Shown here one piece after another: positions 20,594 through 29,698 of a stretch of DNA of 64,000 nucleotides. The number at the start of each line of letters is the position of its first letter. Positions within the stretch are counted from its first letter, which is position 1. The position numbers were made by a program, and so were the translations under genes. Below the pieces are notes generated by a model that saw nothing but the letters and a program-made list of their open reading frames with translations, was not told the origin of the DNA and ran no database searches. This DNA comes from Bdellovibrionota bacterium (GTDB lineage: Bacteria > Bdellovibrionota_C > UBA2361 > JAAYZI01), in contig JBMNIF010000003.1 of the NCBI GenBank assembly GCA_050950765.1, forward strand, positions 224,001 to 288,000. The letters are read 5' to 3'.

Positions 20594-21606
20594 ACTAAAT
20601 CCTCTAACAATAAACGATCCCCGAAAAAAAGATCCCTCTTAACAACCTTTCCGATAACAGCAGCATAATAAGTAGGATCTGCCCCGTAGCCTGGACGAAT
20701 AACTTTAACATGATCGCAGGAAAGCCTCTCTCCAGCTTTAATATCTTTTACAATATATAAAGAACGTCGAAATCTAAGCGAAAGCTTCTCCTTAGCACTC
20801 ATCTCATAAGAAACACACCCCAAAGCATCAAAGGCTTTTCTTGCTTCCTGCACTAAAAGTTTCATTTAAGAAGGCTCTAAAGAAAATGCACTATCAACAC
20901 CCCCCTCAGACCTTGAAAGGGTAAAATGTTTCTCTATAACAGTTGCCCCCACCCCGATAGCAGCTAAAGCAACACCGATCCCTGTTGTATGATCGGAAAG
21001 CCCTATACGACAATCAGGGAACCGTTTCTTTAGATCTGATATAGTTAAGAGATTACTCTCTTTAGGATCTGCCGGATAAGTTGAAGTGCACTTAAGTAAA
21101 GTTAGATCCGTACACCCTGCTCTACGTAATCTCCCGACGCTCTCTTCTATCTGCTCCACTCCAAGCATCCCGAGTGAGATAATGATCGGCTTTTTTGTTG
21201 AAGCAACCTTTTCCAGTAAGGCAGGATAGGAGTTCTCAAAACTAGCTATCTTATAAAAGGGGCAATCTAACTCTTCTAAAAAATCCACCGCTTCTAAATC
21301 AAAGGGAGTGGAAAAAACAGGTAACTTCAATTTTTTGCAGTACTCAAAAATAGGACGATGCCACTCATACGGCGTAGCTGCTTTTTGATAAAGCGCATAG
21401 AGCGTCTCTCCACTCCAGAGGGAGTTTTCATCAGTCACAACAAAATCAGGCTTATCGCAATCAATGGTAAGACTGTCTGCCGTATAGGTCTGCAATTTAA
21501 GAGCAGAACAAGCACAAGTTGCCGCTGCTTCTGCAATTTTTAAAGCCCTTTCAAGAGAGGCATTGTGATTACCCGACATCTCAGCAACTATAAAAGGTCT
21601 ATTCAT
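20590..21606 (-). pseudogene. pseI: Pseudaminic acid synthase PseI interrupted by an in-frame TAA (20868-20866); NeuB domain and SAF domain lie in the same frame
   Basis: PFIVAEMSGNHN, KLQTYT, KIASFE, LLKCTSTYP, GLSDHT, IEKHFTLSR..GGVDSAFSLEPS*MKLLV...FRRSLY...IRPGYG. Confidence 0.85.
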
Positions 21607-22252
21607 ACCGTTCAACCTTTAATTTATAGCGGTGCCCATCCAATTCAAAAAAAGCAGGATAGCGCGCATTATCAACTACTCGTAATAAATTAAACTGCTC
21701 ACGCAGAGTTTTATCAAGATTGAGTCTACTACATTCTGGCGTACGTCTCTCATAAAAAGATCCGTTACCGATCTGCTTTCGGGCAGAAGTTAAAATTTCA
21801 GGATAACGTTTCGTAAAATTTAAACACATCTCAAAGATCTTTTTCCCTAGAAGATCGCGCCACTCCTCAATTAGCTCATAGCCAGACAAGCGCACTATAT
21901 CTTGTAGATAGATATCACCGGAATCTACCCCCACTTGCGCCTCAAAAAGGGTTACAGGAATCTCATTTTTATCTTCTAAAATCTGCCAAGTCATGGGTGA
22001 CCAACCTTTACCATTTGGCAAAGCACTAGCATGAACCACCAAATTGTTTTTATGTAAAGCAAGCTTCTCCTGCTTAACGATCTCAAAACATCCTAAGAAA
22101 AAAGCGAGATCGCCCTCTCTCAACTGTTCTGCCTTGTTTAACAACTTAACTTCATGCCCGTCTTCTTCAAAACGATCTTTTAATTCTGAAAGATGCGCTA
22201 CCATCCAACTTGTTGAATCACTTAAAATATCTATCTTAAGTTTTTTACCCAC
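21599..22252 (-). CDS. Formyltransferase family protein (sugar N-formyltransferase-like)
   Basis: NLVVHASALPNGKGWSP, VTLFEA..VDSGDIY, FNLLRVVDNARYPAFF. Confidence 0.85.
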   Translation of the reverse strand: MGKKLKIDILSDSTSWMVAHLSELKDRFEEDGHEVKLLNKAEQLREGDLAFFLGCFEIVKQEKLALHKNNLVVHASALPNGKGWSPMTWQILEDKNEIPVTLFEAQVGVDSGDIYLQDIVRLSGYELIEEWRDLLGKKIFEMCLNFTKRYPEILTSARKQIGNGSFYERRTPECSRLNLDKTLREQFNLLRVVDNARYPAFFELDGHRYKLKVERYE

Positions 22253-23016
22253 GCCACATCCTCCACAAAATCATCCAAATTATCAGGAGCGCTATGCTCA
22301 GTTTCTATCGCCAGATCCACTTCAGGATCTATGATTTCAAAGATCTTTTTCAGATCGTAATCCCCCTTCCCAAAATGAAAATGTTCATCAACTTCATTCC
22401 AGACATAATTATCTGAAAGGTGATAACAGCGCGGCTGAAGTTTATTGAACTCAGCAACAAATTGATACGGATCGTTAAATATAATGCTCCCTTCAAAATC
22501 TCCCCTTTTTTTAAAGGTATTATAAGCACAGATAGCGTGCCCAATATCTAAGCAACAACCACATTGCAATTCAGACATAGCAAAAGAAAGCTCAGAGATA
22601 GAGGAGCCACGAAACCTCGAACTCTCGTTAAACTCCGTTTTACACGGTTTATTTTCAAGCAAAACATCTCTTAGCCCTGTTAATCTTAACTGCCTGATAG
22701 ACTCTTCTATCGTGCCATCCATACCTAAATGAACAATTGTATAAGGCACTAGAAGAGCCTCCGCAAAGAGTTTAACCTCTGCAAAAGCTTTTAGATTAAA
22801 GTTCAACTTTTCAGGATCTGCTAAATTAACACCATGACTGGAGTGTGGAGCGTGCAACCTGAAAGGGATCCCTGTTTCGCGCCACAATGATAACGTCTCT
22901 TTAGAATCCGGCACTACATATAACTCAATATAATCGAAAGCTCCCTTTTCATAGAGCTTAAGCGCTTCCGGTAGATAAAAATCAGTATTGATTGACCACA
23001 ATTTTAAACCAAGCAT
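22231..23016 (-). CDS. AP endonuclease family 2 / xylose-isomerase-like TIM-barrel metalloenzyme
   Basis: LHAPH, IVHLG, LLENKP, CLDIGH, YHLSD, VDEH, IET: pattern of endonuclease IV metal ligands. Confidence 0.8.
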   Translation of the reverse strand: MLGLKLWSINTDFYLPEALKLYEKGAFDYIELYVVPDSKETLSLWRETGIPFRLHAPHSSHGVNLADPEKLNFNLKAFAEVKLFAEALLVPYTIVHLGMDGTIEESIRQLRLTGLRDVLLENKPCKTEFNESSRFRGSSISELSFAMSELQCGCCLDIGHAICAYNTFKKRGDFEGSIIFNDPYQFVAEFNKLQPRCYHLSDNYVWNEVDEHFHFGKGDYDLKKIFEIIDPEVDLAIETEHSAPDNLDDFVEDVAWVKNLR

Positions 23017-23060
23017 TACAAAACCACCCTTTTCCCTTCTTACATTTTCTCCTAGTTCTT

Positions 23061-24161
23061 TTATAAAATCACCTTTATTCTTTTCACAATCTCTTTTAGA
23101 TCTTTATCTTTCAACGTTGGATAAAGAGGTAATGAAATAGTTTTACTATAATAAGTTTCAGTATTCTTATAATCAGTAGCGGAAAAGCCAAATTGAGCAT
23201 AATACGGCTGTTTATAAAGGGGAATATAGTGGATCTGTAAATTGAGCCCACTTTCTTTAGCTCTCTTATAAAAACGCCCCCGATCGGGTAACAAAATAGG
23301 ATAAAGGTGAAAACACGCCTTTGAAAAACTTTTTTCTTCCAGATGCGGCAACGCTAAGTTTTCATTATAAAAATCCACAATTTCACGACGTCTTTTTTTA
23401 AATTTTTCTATCTTTTTTAGTTGTGAAATGCCAAGCGCCGCTTGTACATCAGATAGACGATAATTAAAGCCTAATGCCCGCATCTCATAACGCCAATCGT
23501 TACTCATCTCTCCATCTTTATAAGTTCCGTGAGACCTTAAAGCGCATAACTTTAAATAGAGAGCTTCATCATTAGTTGTAATGGCACCCCCTTCTGCGGT
23601 TGTAATATTTTTCACAGGATGAAAAGAAAAAATTGTCATCGTTGAAAAACGGCAACTTCCAACCTTAGTTTCTTTGTAATCAGAACCGATAGCATGCGCA
23701 CCATCTTCTATCACAAAAAGATTATGTTTTTGTGCAATCTGATAGATCCTTTCCATATCGCAACTTTGTCCAGCAAAATGCACTGGGATAATTGCTCGAG
23801 TTTTGGGAGTGATCTGTTTCTCTATTTCAATAGGATCAATATTTGCTGTATCACTTTCGATATCTGCAAATTTAGGCGTAGCACCTATATACAAGATGCA
23901 ATTCGCACTTGCTAAAAACGTTAGCGGAGAAGTAATAACCTCATCTCCTGCTTTTAGATCCAAAGCCAACATAGCCAGATGTAACGCAGCCGTTCCCGAA
24001 GAAACAGCTACACAATATTTTGCAGTAGTATATTTACAAAGTGCCGCTTCAAACTCAGCAACTTTCGGTCCACACGTTAAAAAGTCTGAATGTAGTGTTT
24101 TTAATACTGCTAGATAGTCTGTAATTGACAAGGAGTGTTTTCCATAGTTGTACTGTTTCAT
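23061..24161 (-). CDS. pseC: UDP-4-amino-4,6-dideoxy-AltNAc transaminase (DegT/DnrJ family)
   Basis: NYGKH, SDFLTCGP, SSGTAALH, PVHFAGQ, IEDGAHA, FSFHPVKNITTAEGG, LGFNYRLSD. Confidence 0.92.
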   Translation of the reverse strand: MKQYNYGKHSLSITDYLAVLKTLHSDFLTCGPKVAEFEAALCKYTTAKYCVAVSSGTAALHLAMLALDLKAGDEVITSPLTFLASANCILYIGATPKFADIESDTANIDPIEIEKQITPKTRAIIPVHFAGQSCDMERIYQIAQKHNLFVIEDGAHAIGSDYKETKVGSCRFSTMTIFSFHPVKNITTAEGGAITTNDEALYLKLCALRSHGTYKDGEMSNDWRYEMRALGFNYRLSDVQAALGISQLKKIEKFKKRRREIVDFYNENLALPHLEEKSFSKACFHLYPILLPDRGRFYKRAKESGLNLQIHYIPLYKQPYYAQFGFSATDYKNTETYYSKTISLPLYPTLKDKDLKEIVKRIKVIL

Positions 24162-24214
24162 ACCGAAATTAACCTTTTTTATAAAAACTGTCCTGCCATT
24201 ATAATTATAAGAAC

Positions 24215-26356
24215 TTACAACTTAGGAAATATTATCTTTTTTCTCCCTACCTGCTTTTTCTTTTTTTTCTCCACAGTGTATAGTTTCTTCCATGAATTAT
24301 AGGTATTGATTACACTATTAACTTTACGCTTAATATTCTCCGGAACACGCTCCACTCGCTTTGCTCTATAAAGCTTAGCAAAATCATCTAGCCCCCAAAA
24401 GAACGCACTTAATACATAACGATCGTTATTATCAAAGATTCTACGCAACAAGGTGACGTAAGATACCATCAGACGTAAGGAGAACTCCGGATCTTTTAAG
24501 CCACCTTTTCCGGCCCAAGAAACACGGCTACGTTTTGCCATACGCTCCCCCTCAGCCTCTGTCAGTTGCAAAAGTCCAATCCTTTCAACAGGCTTTTTAG
24601 TATGCGCATACCAGTAAAAATTACTCTGCTCCTTAACTATTGCTGCAACCAATAATGAGTCCATATTGCCTCTAAAAGCACTCATTACTATATGGCGTGC
24701 AATTCTAGTAGCATCTTTTTCCTCCAACCCGTACATCTTTATAATATACGAGATACGCGCTACATCACTCTCAAAGGCAACAGGCTTTTCATTTTTCGGA
24801 AGAGTATTAGGACCCCACTCTTCATCAAAATTACTCTCAATACTATCTTCTTCGAAGATAGGAAGTTCTGGCTTTTCCAGTTCCTCTAAATATATAAGAT
24901 CTGCCGTCGGGTTTTCTATTTTTCGTTTTTCTGGAAGGGGTGTCTTTTTCTCCTCCACTAACTGTTTGTAACGTTCAAGGATTAGCTTCAACTGCTTCTG
25001 AAATTTAGCAGGAATCTCTTTTTTTGTTTTTATGGCTTGTAAGAATTCTCTTGGATCCCAGATGTATGATAAAATAGCGTAGCCCTTTTTGCTGCCGAAG
25101 ATCTTTGTTTGAAGAAACTCAAAATATGCAACCCCCATACTGAGATTGTAATCAGGATCTTTTAAAGCAGCCTCCCCCTTCCATTTTTTTTGACATATTT
25201 TTGCAATATAATCCCCCTTTTTAGGGCTAATCTGCATTAAACCTACTTTACCATCTTCAGAAACATACTGTGAATTAAACTTGCTTAGCACCTCAATTAA
25301 ACTTGAAATTAACAAGGGATCTGTCTGATTTGCAGTTGTATGTTTAAGTATTAACTTCACGAGATCGGCTTTATTTTCAACTAAATTGTTAGCTGGTAAT
25401 TGCTGCAACATCTTTTCTATTACATCTTTATCCGTTGGATAACGCCGCACGCTCTCAGAACTCTCTGTTTGCCTTACAGGAACAAACAACTTCATTGAAT
25501 CAGGGGTATCCTGTTTCCAATATTCGTACGTTTTTAAAACATCAGTGGCAAACTGCCATACTTTAGCAGGTACTTTTTCCTGTACATTAATGATACGTAA
25601 TTTTTCACCTTCCCCCCAATAAGAAGCCATAATCGCTAAGCGCATATCCTTGGCTGAAGAATTAAAGAGGTAGCGTAGCATCGCCAGACCTGTTTGTAGG
25701 TTATAATCAACATCAAAAAGCTTCTCTTCCCCAAGGTCTTTCAATCCTAAATTTTGTGAGAAGAACGAGAGCGCTTTGGGGTGAATCTGTAATAATCCGA
25801 TACGCCCTAACGGAGATTTGGAGTTTTTTCTAAAAGCACTAACGTGATTTATTAGAGCAGTAATAAAGATCGGATCGAATCTAGTTTGACGACCAGCTGC
25901 TACAATCTGCGTAGCAAGCTCTTTACTCTCTGTCACACCTATGTTTGAAAGTATTTTTTGTACTTTTTCTTCATGGATCTCTTGTGTCGTATTTATATCA
26001 TATCCGAAGGTAACTCTTTCCTGCATAGGGGGGGGTGACATCTGACCCTGCTTAGTAGCCCCGTTTTGTGCCGTAGCATTAGAACTCTCTTCTTTCTCCT
26101 GCTCCATTCTTTGAGCTACGGTTTCAGAGCTTTCGTCCAACTTATATCCTTCAATTTCAGCGATTGAAGATCCCGTTTCTTCTTGAACTGTTTTTTGAGG
26201 ACGATCCAGTAAGAGATAAGCTGCTATAAAAAGTAACCCCACCCCCAACAAGATCAATAAGATGAAAACTATCTTTTGAAAAAGACTACCGTTATGATGT
26301 CGCACATCAATCTTTCTTCTGGCATCTTGGAAGCGTTGTCTTTTATCTCGTGTCAT
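24215..26356 (-). CDS. Membrane-anchored protein with three tandem SLT (lytic transglycosylase-like) domains
   Basis: N-terminal TM; three repeats of DP/SxLxxAL...SxF...GL(L/M)Q(I/L)...L.D.(D/E)(YN/FS)L. Confidence 0.8.
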   Translation of the reverse strand: MTRDKRQRFQDARRKIDVRHHNGSLFQKIVFILLILLGVGLLFIAAYLLLDRPQKTVQEETGSSIAEIEGYKLDESSETVAQRMEQEKEESSNATAQNGATKQGQMSPPPMQERVTFGYDINTTQEIHEEKVQKILSNIGVTESKELATQIVAAGRQTRFDPIFITALINHVSAFRKNSKSPLGRIGLLQIHPKALSFFSQNLGLKDLGEEKLFDVDYNLQTGLAMLRYLFNSSAKDMRLAIMASYWGEGEKLRIINVQEKVPAKVWQFATDVLKTYEYWKQDTPDSMKLFVPVRQTESSESVRRYPTDKDVIEKMLQQLPANNLVENKADLVKLILKHTTANQTDPLLISSLIEVLSKFNSQYVSEDGKVGLMQISPKKGDYIAKICQKKWKGEAALKDPDYNLSMGVAYFEFLQTKIFGSKKGYAILSYIWDPREFLQAIKTKKEIPAKFQKQLKLILERYKQLVEEKKTPLPEKRKIENPTADLIYLEELEKPELPIFEEDSIESNFDEEWGPNTLPKNEKPVAFESDVARISYIIKMYGLEEKDATRIARHIVMSAFRGNMDSLLVAAIVKEQSNFYWYAHTKKPVERIGLLQLTEAEGERMAKRSRVSWAGKGGLKDPEFSLRLMVSYVTLLRRIFDNNDRYVLSAFFWGLDDFAKLYRAKRVERVPENIKRKVNSVINTYNSWKKLYTVEKKKKKQVGRKKIIFPKL

Positions 26357-26663
26357 TATCTTTTACCGGCGCTATAATTAAAAAAATCAAAGTATTACTT
26401 ATATCTGATACTACTCCGAGCGATAGAAAAGCATCAAGCATAAGATTTTTATATATAAGTCGTGTCTTATCCGCATCTGCCTCAAGACAAAACAGAGTAA
26501 AATTTAAAAAAGAGGAGAAACAAAAAAAATTAAGGAATCCTCTCTTGTACTTAATCGGAACTCACGTTATTTAATTAATGGTTATTTCCGCTTTTATGAG
26601 ATCCCTACCCTTTCGGCCGGCTCAGGCGGAATATTTTATAACGATAGAAACTAGGGAGTAATT

Positions 26664-27641
26664 ATGGCTACTAGCTACAAAGAACTTGGGCTCGTAAATT
26701 CGCGCGAGCTTTTCGCAAAAGCTGTAAAAGGTGGATATGCCATTCCAGCTTATAATTTCAATAACTTAGAGCAACTACAAGCTATTATTCAAGCTTGTGC
26801 AGAAGTTGAAAGTCCTGTCATTTTGCAAGTTTCAAAGGGTGCTAGACAGTATGCCAACCAGATCCTTCTAAGATATCTGGCTAAAGGAGCTGTTGAGTAC
26901 GCCAAAGAGTTGGGGAATGGGAGGAATATCCCAATTGTGCTTCACCTTGATCACGGCGATTCTTTTGAGATCTGCAAAGACTGCATTGAATCAGGCTTCT
27001 CTTCAGTTATGATTGATGGTTCTGCCTTGCCGTATGACGAAAATATCGCACTTACAAAACAGGTTGTTGAATATGCTCATCAGTATGATGTAACGGTGGA
27101 GGGCGAGCTTGGCGTTTTAGCCGGTGTTGAAGATGATGTCGAAGCAGCTGCTCACGTCTACACACAGCCGGAACAGGTTGAAGATTTCACAAAGCGCACC
27201 GGTGTTGATAGTCTAGCTATCTCTATTGGAACTTCACACGGCGCTTATAAGTTTAAACCAGGCCAAAAAGCAGAGATCCGTTTGGATATTCTTAAGGAGA
27301 TTGAGAAAAGGATCCCTGGATTCCCAATTGTAATGCACGGCTCTTCTTCCGTACCTCCACAGTATGTAGCAACCATCAATCAATATGGTGGTGCCTTGCA
27401 AGACGCTGTTGGTATCAGTGAAGAGCAAATTCGTGAAGCAACCAAGAGCGCAGTTTGTAAAGTTAACATCGACTCCGACGGTCGTTTGGCGATGACGGCA
27501 GCTATCCGTAAGGTATTTGCCACAGAACCATCCAAGTTTGATCCTCGCCAATATCTCGGACCAGCACGTGAAGAGCTAAAAGCACTTTACAAACACAAAT
27601 GTATCAATGTACTCGGTTCAGCAGGTCATGCTTTCGATTAA
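26664..27641 (+). CDS. fba: Class II fructose-1,6-bisphosphate aldolase
   Basis: GYAIPAYNFNN, LHLDHG, GFSSVMIDGS, VEGELG, AISIGTSHGAYK, MHGSSSV, KVNIDSD, FDPR. Confidence 0.97.
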   Translation: MATSYKELGLVNSRELFAKAVKGGYAIPAYNFNNLEQLQAIIQACAEVESPVILQVSKGARQYANQILLRYLAKGAVEYAKELGNGRNIPIVLHLDHGDSFEICKDCIESGFSSVMIDGSALPYDENIALTKQVVEYAHQYDVTVEGELGVLAGVEDDVEAAAHVYTQPEQVEDFTKRTGVDSLAISIGTSHGAYKFKPGQKAEIRLDILKEIEKRIPGFPIVMHGSSSVPPQYVATINQYGGALQDAVGISEEQIREATKSAVCKVNIDSDGRLAMTAAIRKVFATEPSKFDPRQYLGPAREELKALYKHKCINVLGSAGHAFD

Positions 27642-27669
27642 ACTTTAAAACAGTTAATTTGCTAAGATT

Positions 27670-27709
27670 AAACGGGCAATAAGTTATCTTGTTGCCCGTT
27701 TCTCTTTTT
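27670..27709 (+). terminator. Intrinsic terminator of fba
   Basis: AAACGGGCAATAAG/CTTGTTGCCCGTTT stem followed by T-rich tract. Confidence 0.8.
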
Positions 27710-27789
27710 ATCTGTTACAATTAGAAGAGGTTTAGGTGTAACAAATAGAGAGAGTTTTATTTTTATCACTACACATCAGCGGCATCATT

Positions 27790-28080
27790 ATGAAAGGAAC
27801 TTCAAGAAAAACAGTTATCTTAAAAAGAGGGCTGCTGTTTATTATGCCTGCTCTTTTATTTACAAGTTGCGATCTTCGTAAAGACCTGCCACCTGATTAT
27901 GCCGTAAAAGTTTGTCTCCGTCGTGCAGATGCCAGTTATCCTGAACGCAATAGATCGACGCAGATAGCAAAGCTACACCTTATGGCGCAAAATGACTGTC
28001 TCAAGCAACAATCTTATTGCGACAGATCTCCTAGACACCCAAAGTGTATTAAATTTAAGAAAAAATATATCGGGAGATAA
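27790..28080 (+). CDS. Hypothetical small Cys-containing lipoprotein
   Basis: Basic N-terminus, hydrophobic stretch, FTSC lipobox, four further Cys. Confidence 0.6.
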   Translation: MKGTSRKTVILKRGLLFIMPALLFTSCDLRKDLPPDYAVKVCLRRADASYPERNRSTQIAKLHLMAQNDCLKQQSYCDRSPRHPKCIKFKKKYIGR

Positions 28081-28213
28081 TTTTTTCCTAAGAAATACCT
28101 GAAAGTTGTGTATGGCTAAATAAGCCTCCTTTTAAGACCTCTTTCAACAACTTTTATGCTTTCTTTAGCAGATTGACGCAAAACGTAAGCTTTAACTATT
28201 CGCCTAAAAAAAA

Positions 28214-29428
28214 TCACTCATCATGCAGGGGTACGGTAATTAAAAAACACCGTCCACTATCACATACGACAGTATAGTCCAAACCACTTGCAGGGATAAA
28301 AAAAGAATTGCCACTTTGAAAAGCCACATCCTCACTGCCGAATTCGATCCGTCCCACTGCATCAATAGATAAGATCACAGCTGGGCCATCATCTGAGATA
28401 ATTACCTCTGCACCATCTTGAATAAGTTGTACCTTAAATTCAGAGTTTTGCAACGGAGAGAGGTACTCTATAAAGTTTGAAGAGACGGAAGAAGCCTTTG
28501 TAATAGTCGGACAACCAGCCGTATAATCAAGCATGGTAAGCAACGTTTCAATATCTTTAGACTTAGGCGTTAATCCACCACGCACCACGTTATCAGAATT
28601 AGCCATGCACTCTGCAAATTCTCCAGAAAGATAAGCATGCGCTGTATTAGGCGGAACAAAGATAGCATCGCCAGCAGAGAGCAACATTAAATTCATGGTA
28701 TATAAGATAAAGATCCCAGCATCTCCATCAATAAAATCTTCACTCAAAAGTTTAAGCGCCCAAGCATCTCTACGACAAAGCTTATCATGATCCTCTAAAC
28801 GTTTCCTAAGTAAAGCACTCTGCTTCCGTAAAATATCTTCCGGCAACATCAACAGCTTTGAACAAAGCTCCTTTAAAATAAGTTTCTCCGAAAGTTCATC
28901 TCGTTTAACTAGTTTATTAAAAAGCTCCTCGCCAATACACCCCTTTAGTTCAGGCAGGCGTGCAAAATCAACAGCGATATCGGAAAGGTGTCTAAAACCG
29001 CACAATATCTCCGATTCCCTTAAAGCGATCCCCATCTCGGGCTTATGGTTTTCATCAGGATACCCCTTATCTCGATAAAGTCTCTCTGCAAGTTTTTTAT
29101 CAGGGTGCGCTTGAATTGAAAGTGGCTTACCAACTGAAAGGATCTTAAAAAGGAACGGCAAGCCACGCCCATAGTGTTCAATGACATCATGCCCAAGCAT
29201 CTCTAAGGGGTGTTCATCAATCAAACTTTTTAGATCATAAGTCACACCATCCACCACGATATCAGCAGGCAGATCTGGATGTGCTCCGATCCATAATTCG
29301 GCACAAGGGATATCTCCCTTCGTTTGAGTTAATTTTCCGACCAGCGAAAGATCGGCCGGTAATCCCCAATGATAGTGTTGAACATGCGGAACGATCACTA
29401 ACGGTTTAAAAAAAACAGACTCTTCCAT
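28214..29428 (-). CDS. manA: Mannose-6-phosphate isomerase, class I
   Basis: YHWG, AELWIGAHP, LPFLFKIL...LSIQAHP, DENHKPE, HAYLSG, ECMANSDNVVRGGLTPK. Confidence 0.96.
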   Translation of the reverse strand: MEESVFFKPLVIVPHVQHYHWGLPADLSLVGKLTQTKGDIPCAELWIGAHPDLPADIVVDGVTYDLKSLIDEHPLEMLGHDVIEHYGRGLPFLFKILSVGKPLSIQAHPDKKLAERLYRDKGYPDENHKPEMGIALRESEILCGFRHLSDIAVDFARLPELKGCIGEELFNKLVKRDELSEKLILKELCSKLLMLPEDILRKQSALLRKRLEDHDKLCRRDAWALKLLSEDFIDGDAGIFILYTMNLMLLSAGDAIFVPPNTAHAYLSGEFAECMANSDNVVRGGLTPKSKDIETLLTMLDYTAGCPTITKASSVSSNFIEYLSPLQNSEFKVQLIQDGAEVIISDDGPAVILSIDAVGRIEFGSEDVAFQSGNSFFIPASGLDYTVVCDSGRCFLITVPLHDE

Positions 29429-29698
29429 AAGTTAGAACTAAAATGAGCTACATAATATAAGCGCTCTGCCCATAACTCTCTTCCCAGATCTTAAAAAAAG
29501 CCAGAACTTTTAAAAATAAGAGAGCTGCTAAGCCTTATAACAAAAAAGCACTCCTTTTTCCCATACTAAAAAACACAAAATAAACCTTCTCCACCTCTCG
29601 ATCTATCAAAGGTCAGAGATAAGATCAAAATTTATCTAAAAACTCACCTTGTCGTAATATTTTTTATTAGGCGGCTATAATTATTATTCAGTATCGAC

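Noticed and set aside
20866..20868. Stop-codon reassignment as the explanation of the pseI TAA
   Set aside because: TAA terminates many other genes normally in this window.
26350..26574. 74-aa + strand ORF upstream of fba
   Set aside because: No RBS or motif; AT-rich divergent promoter region.
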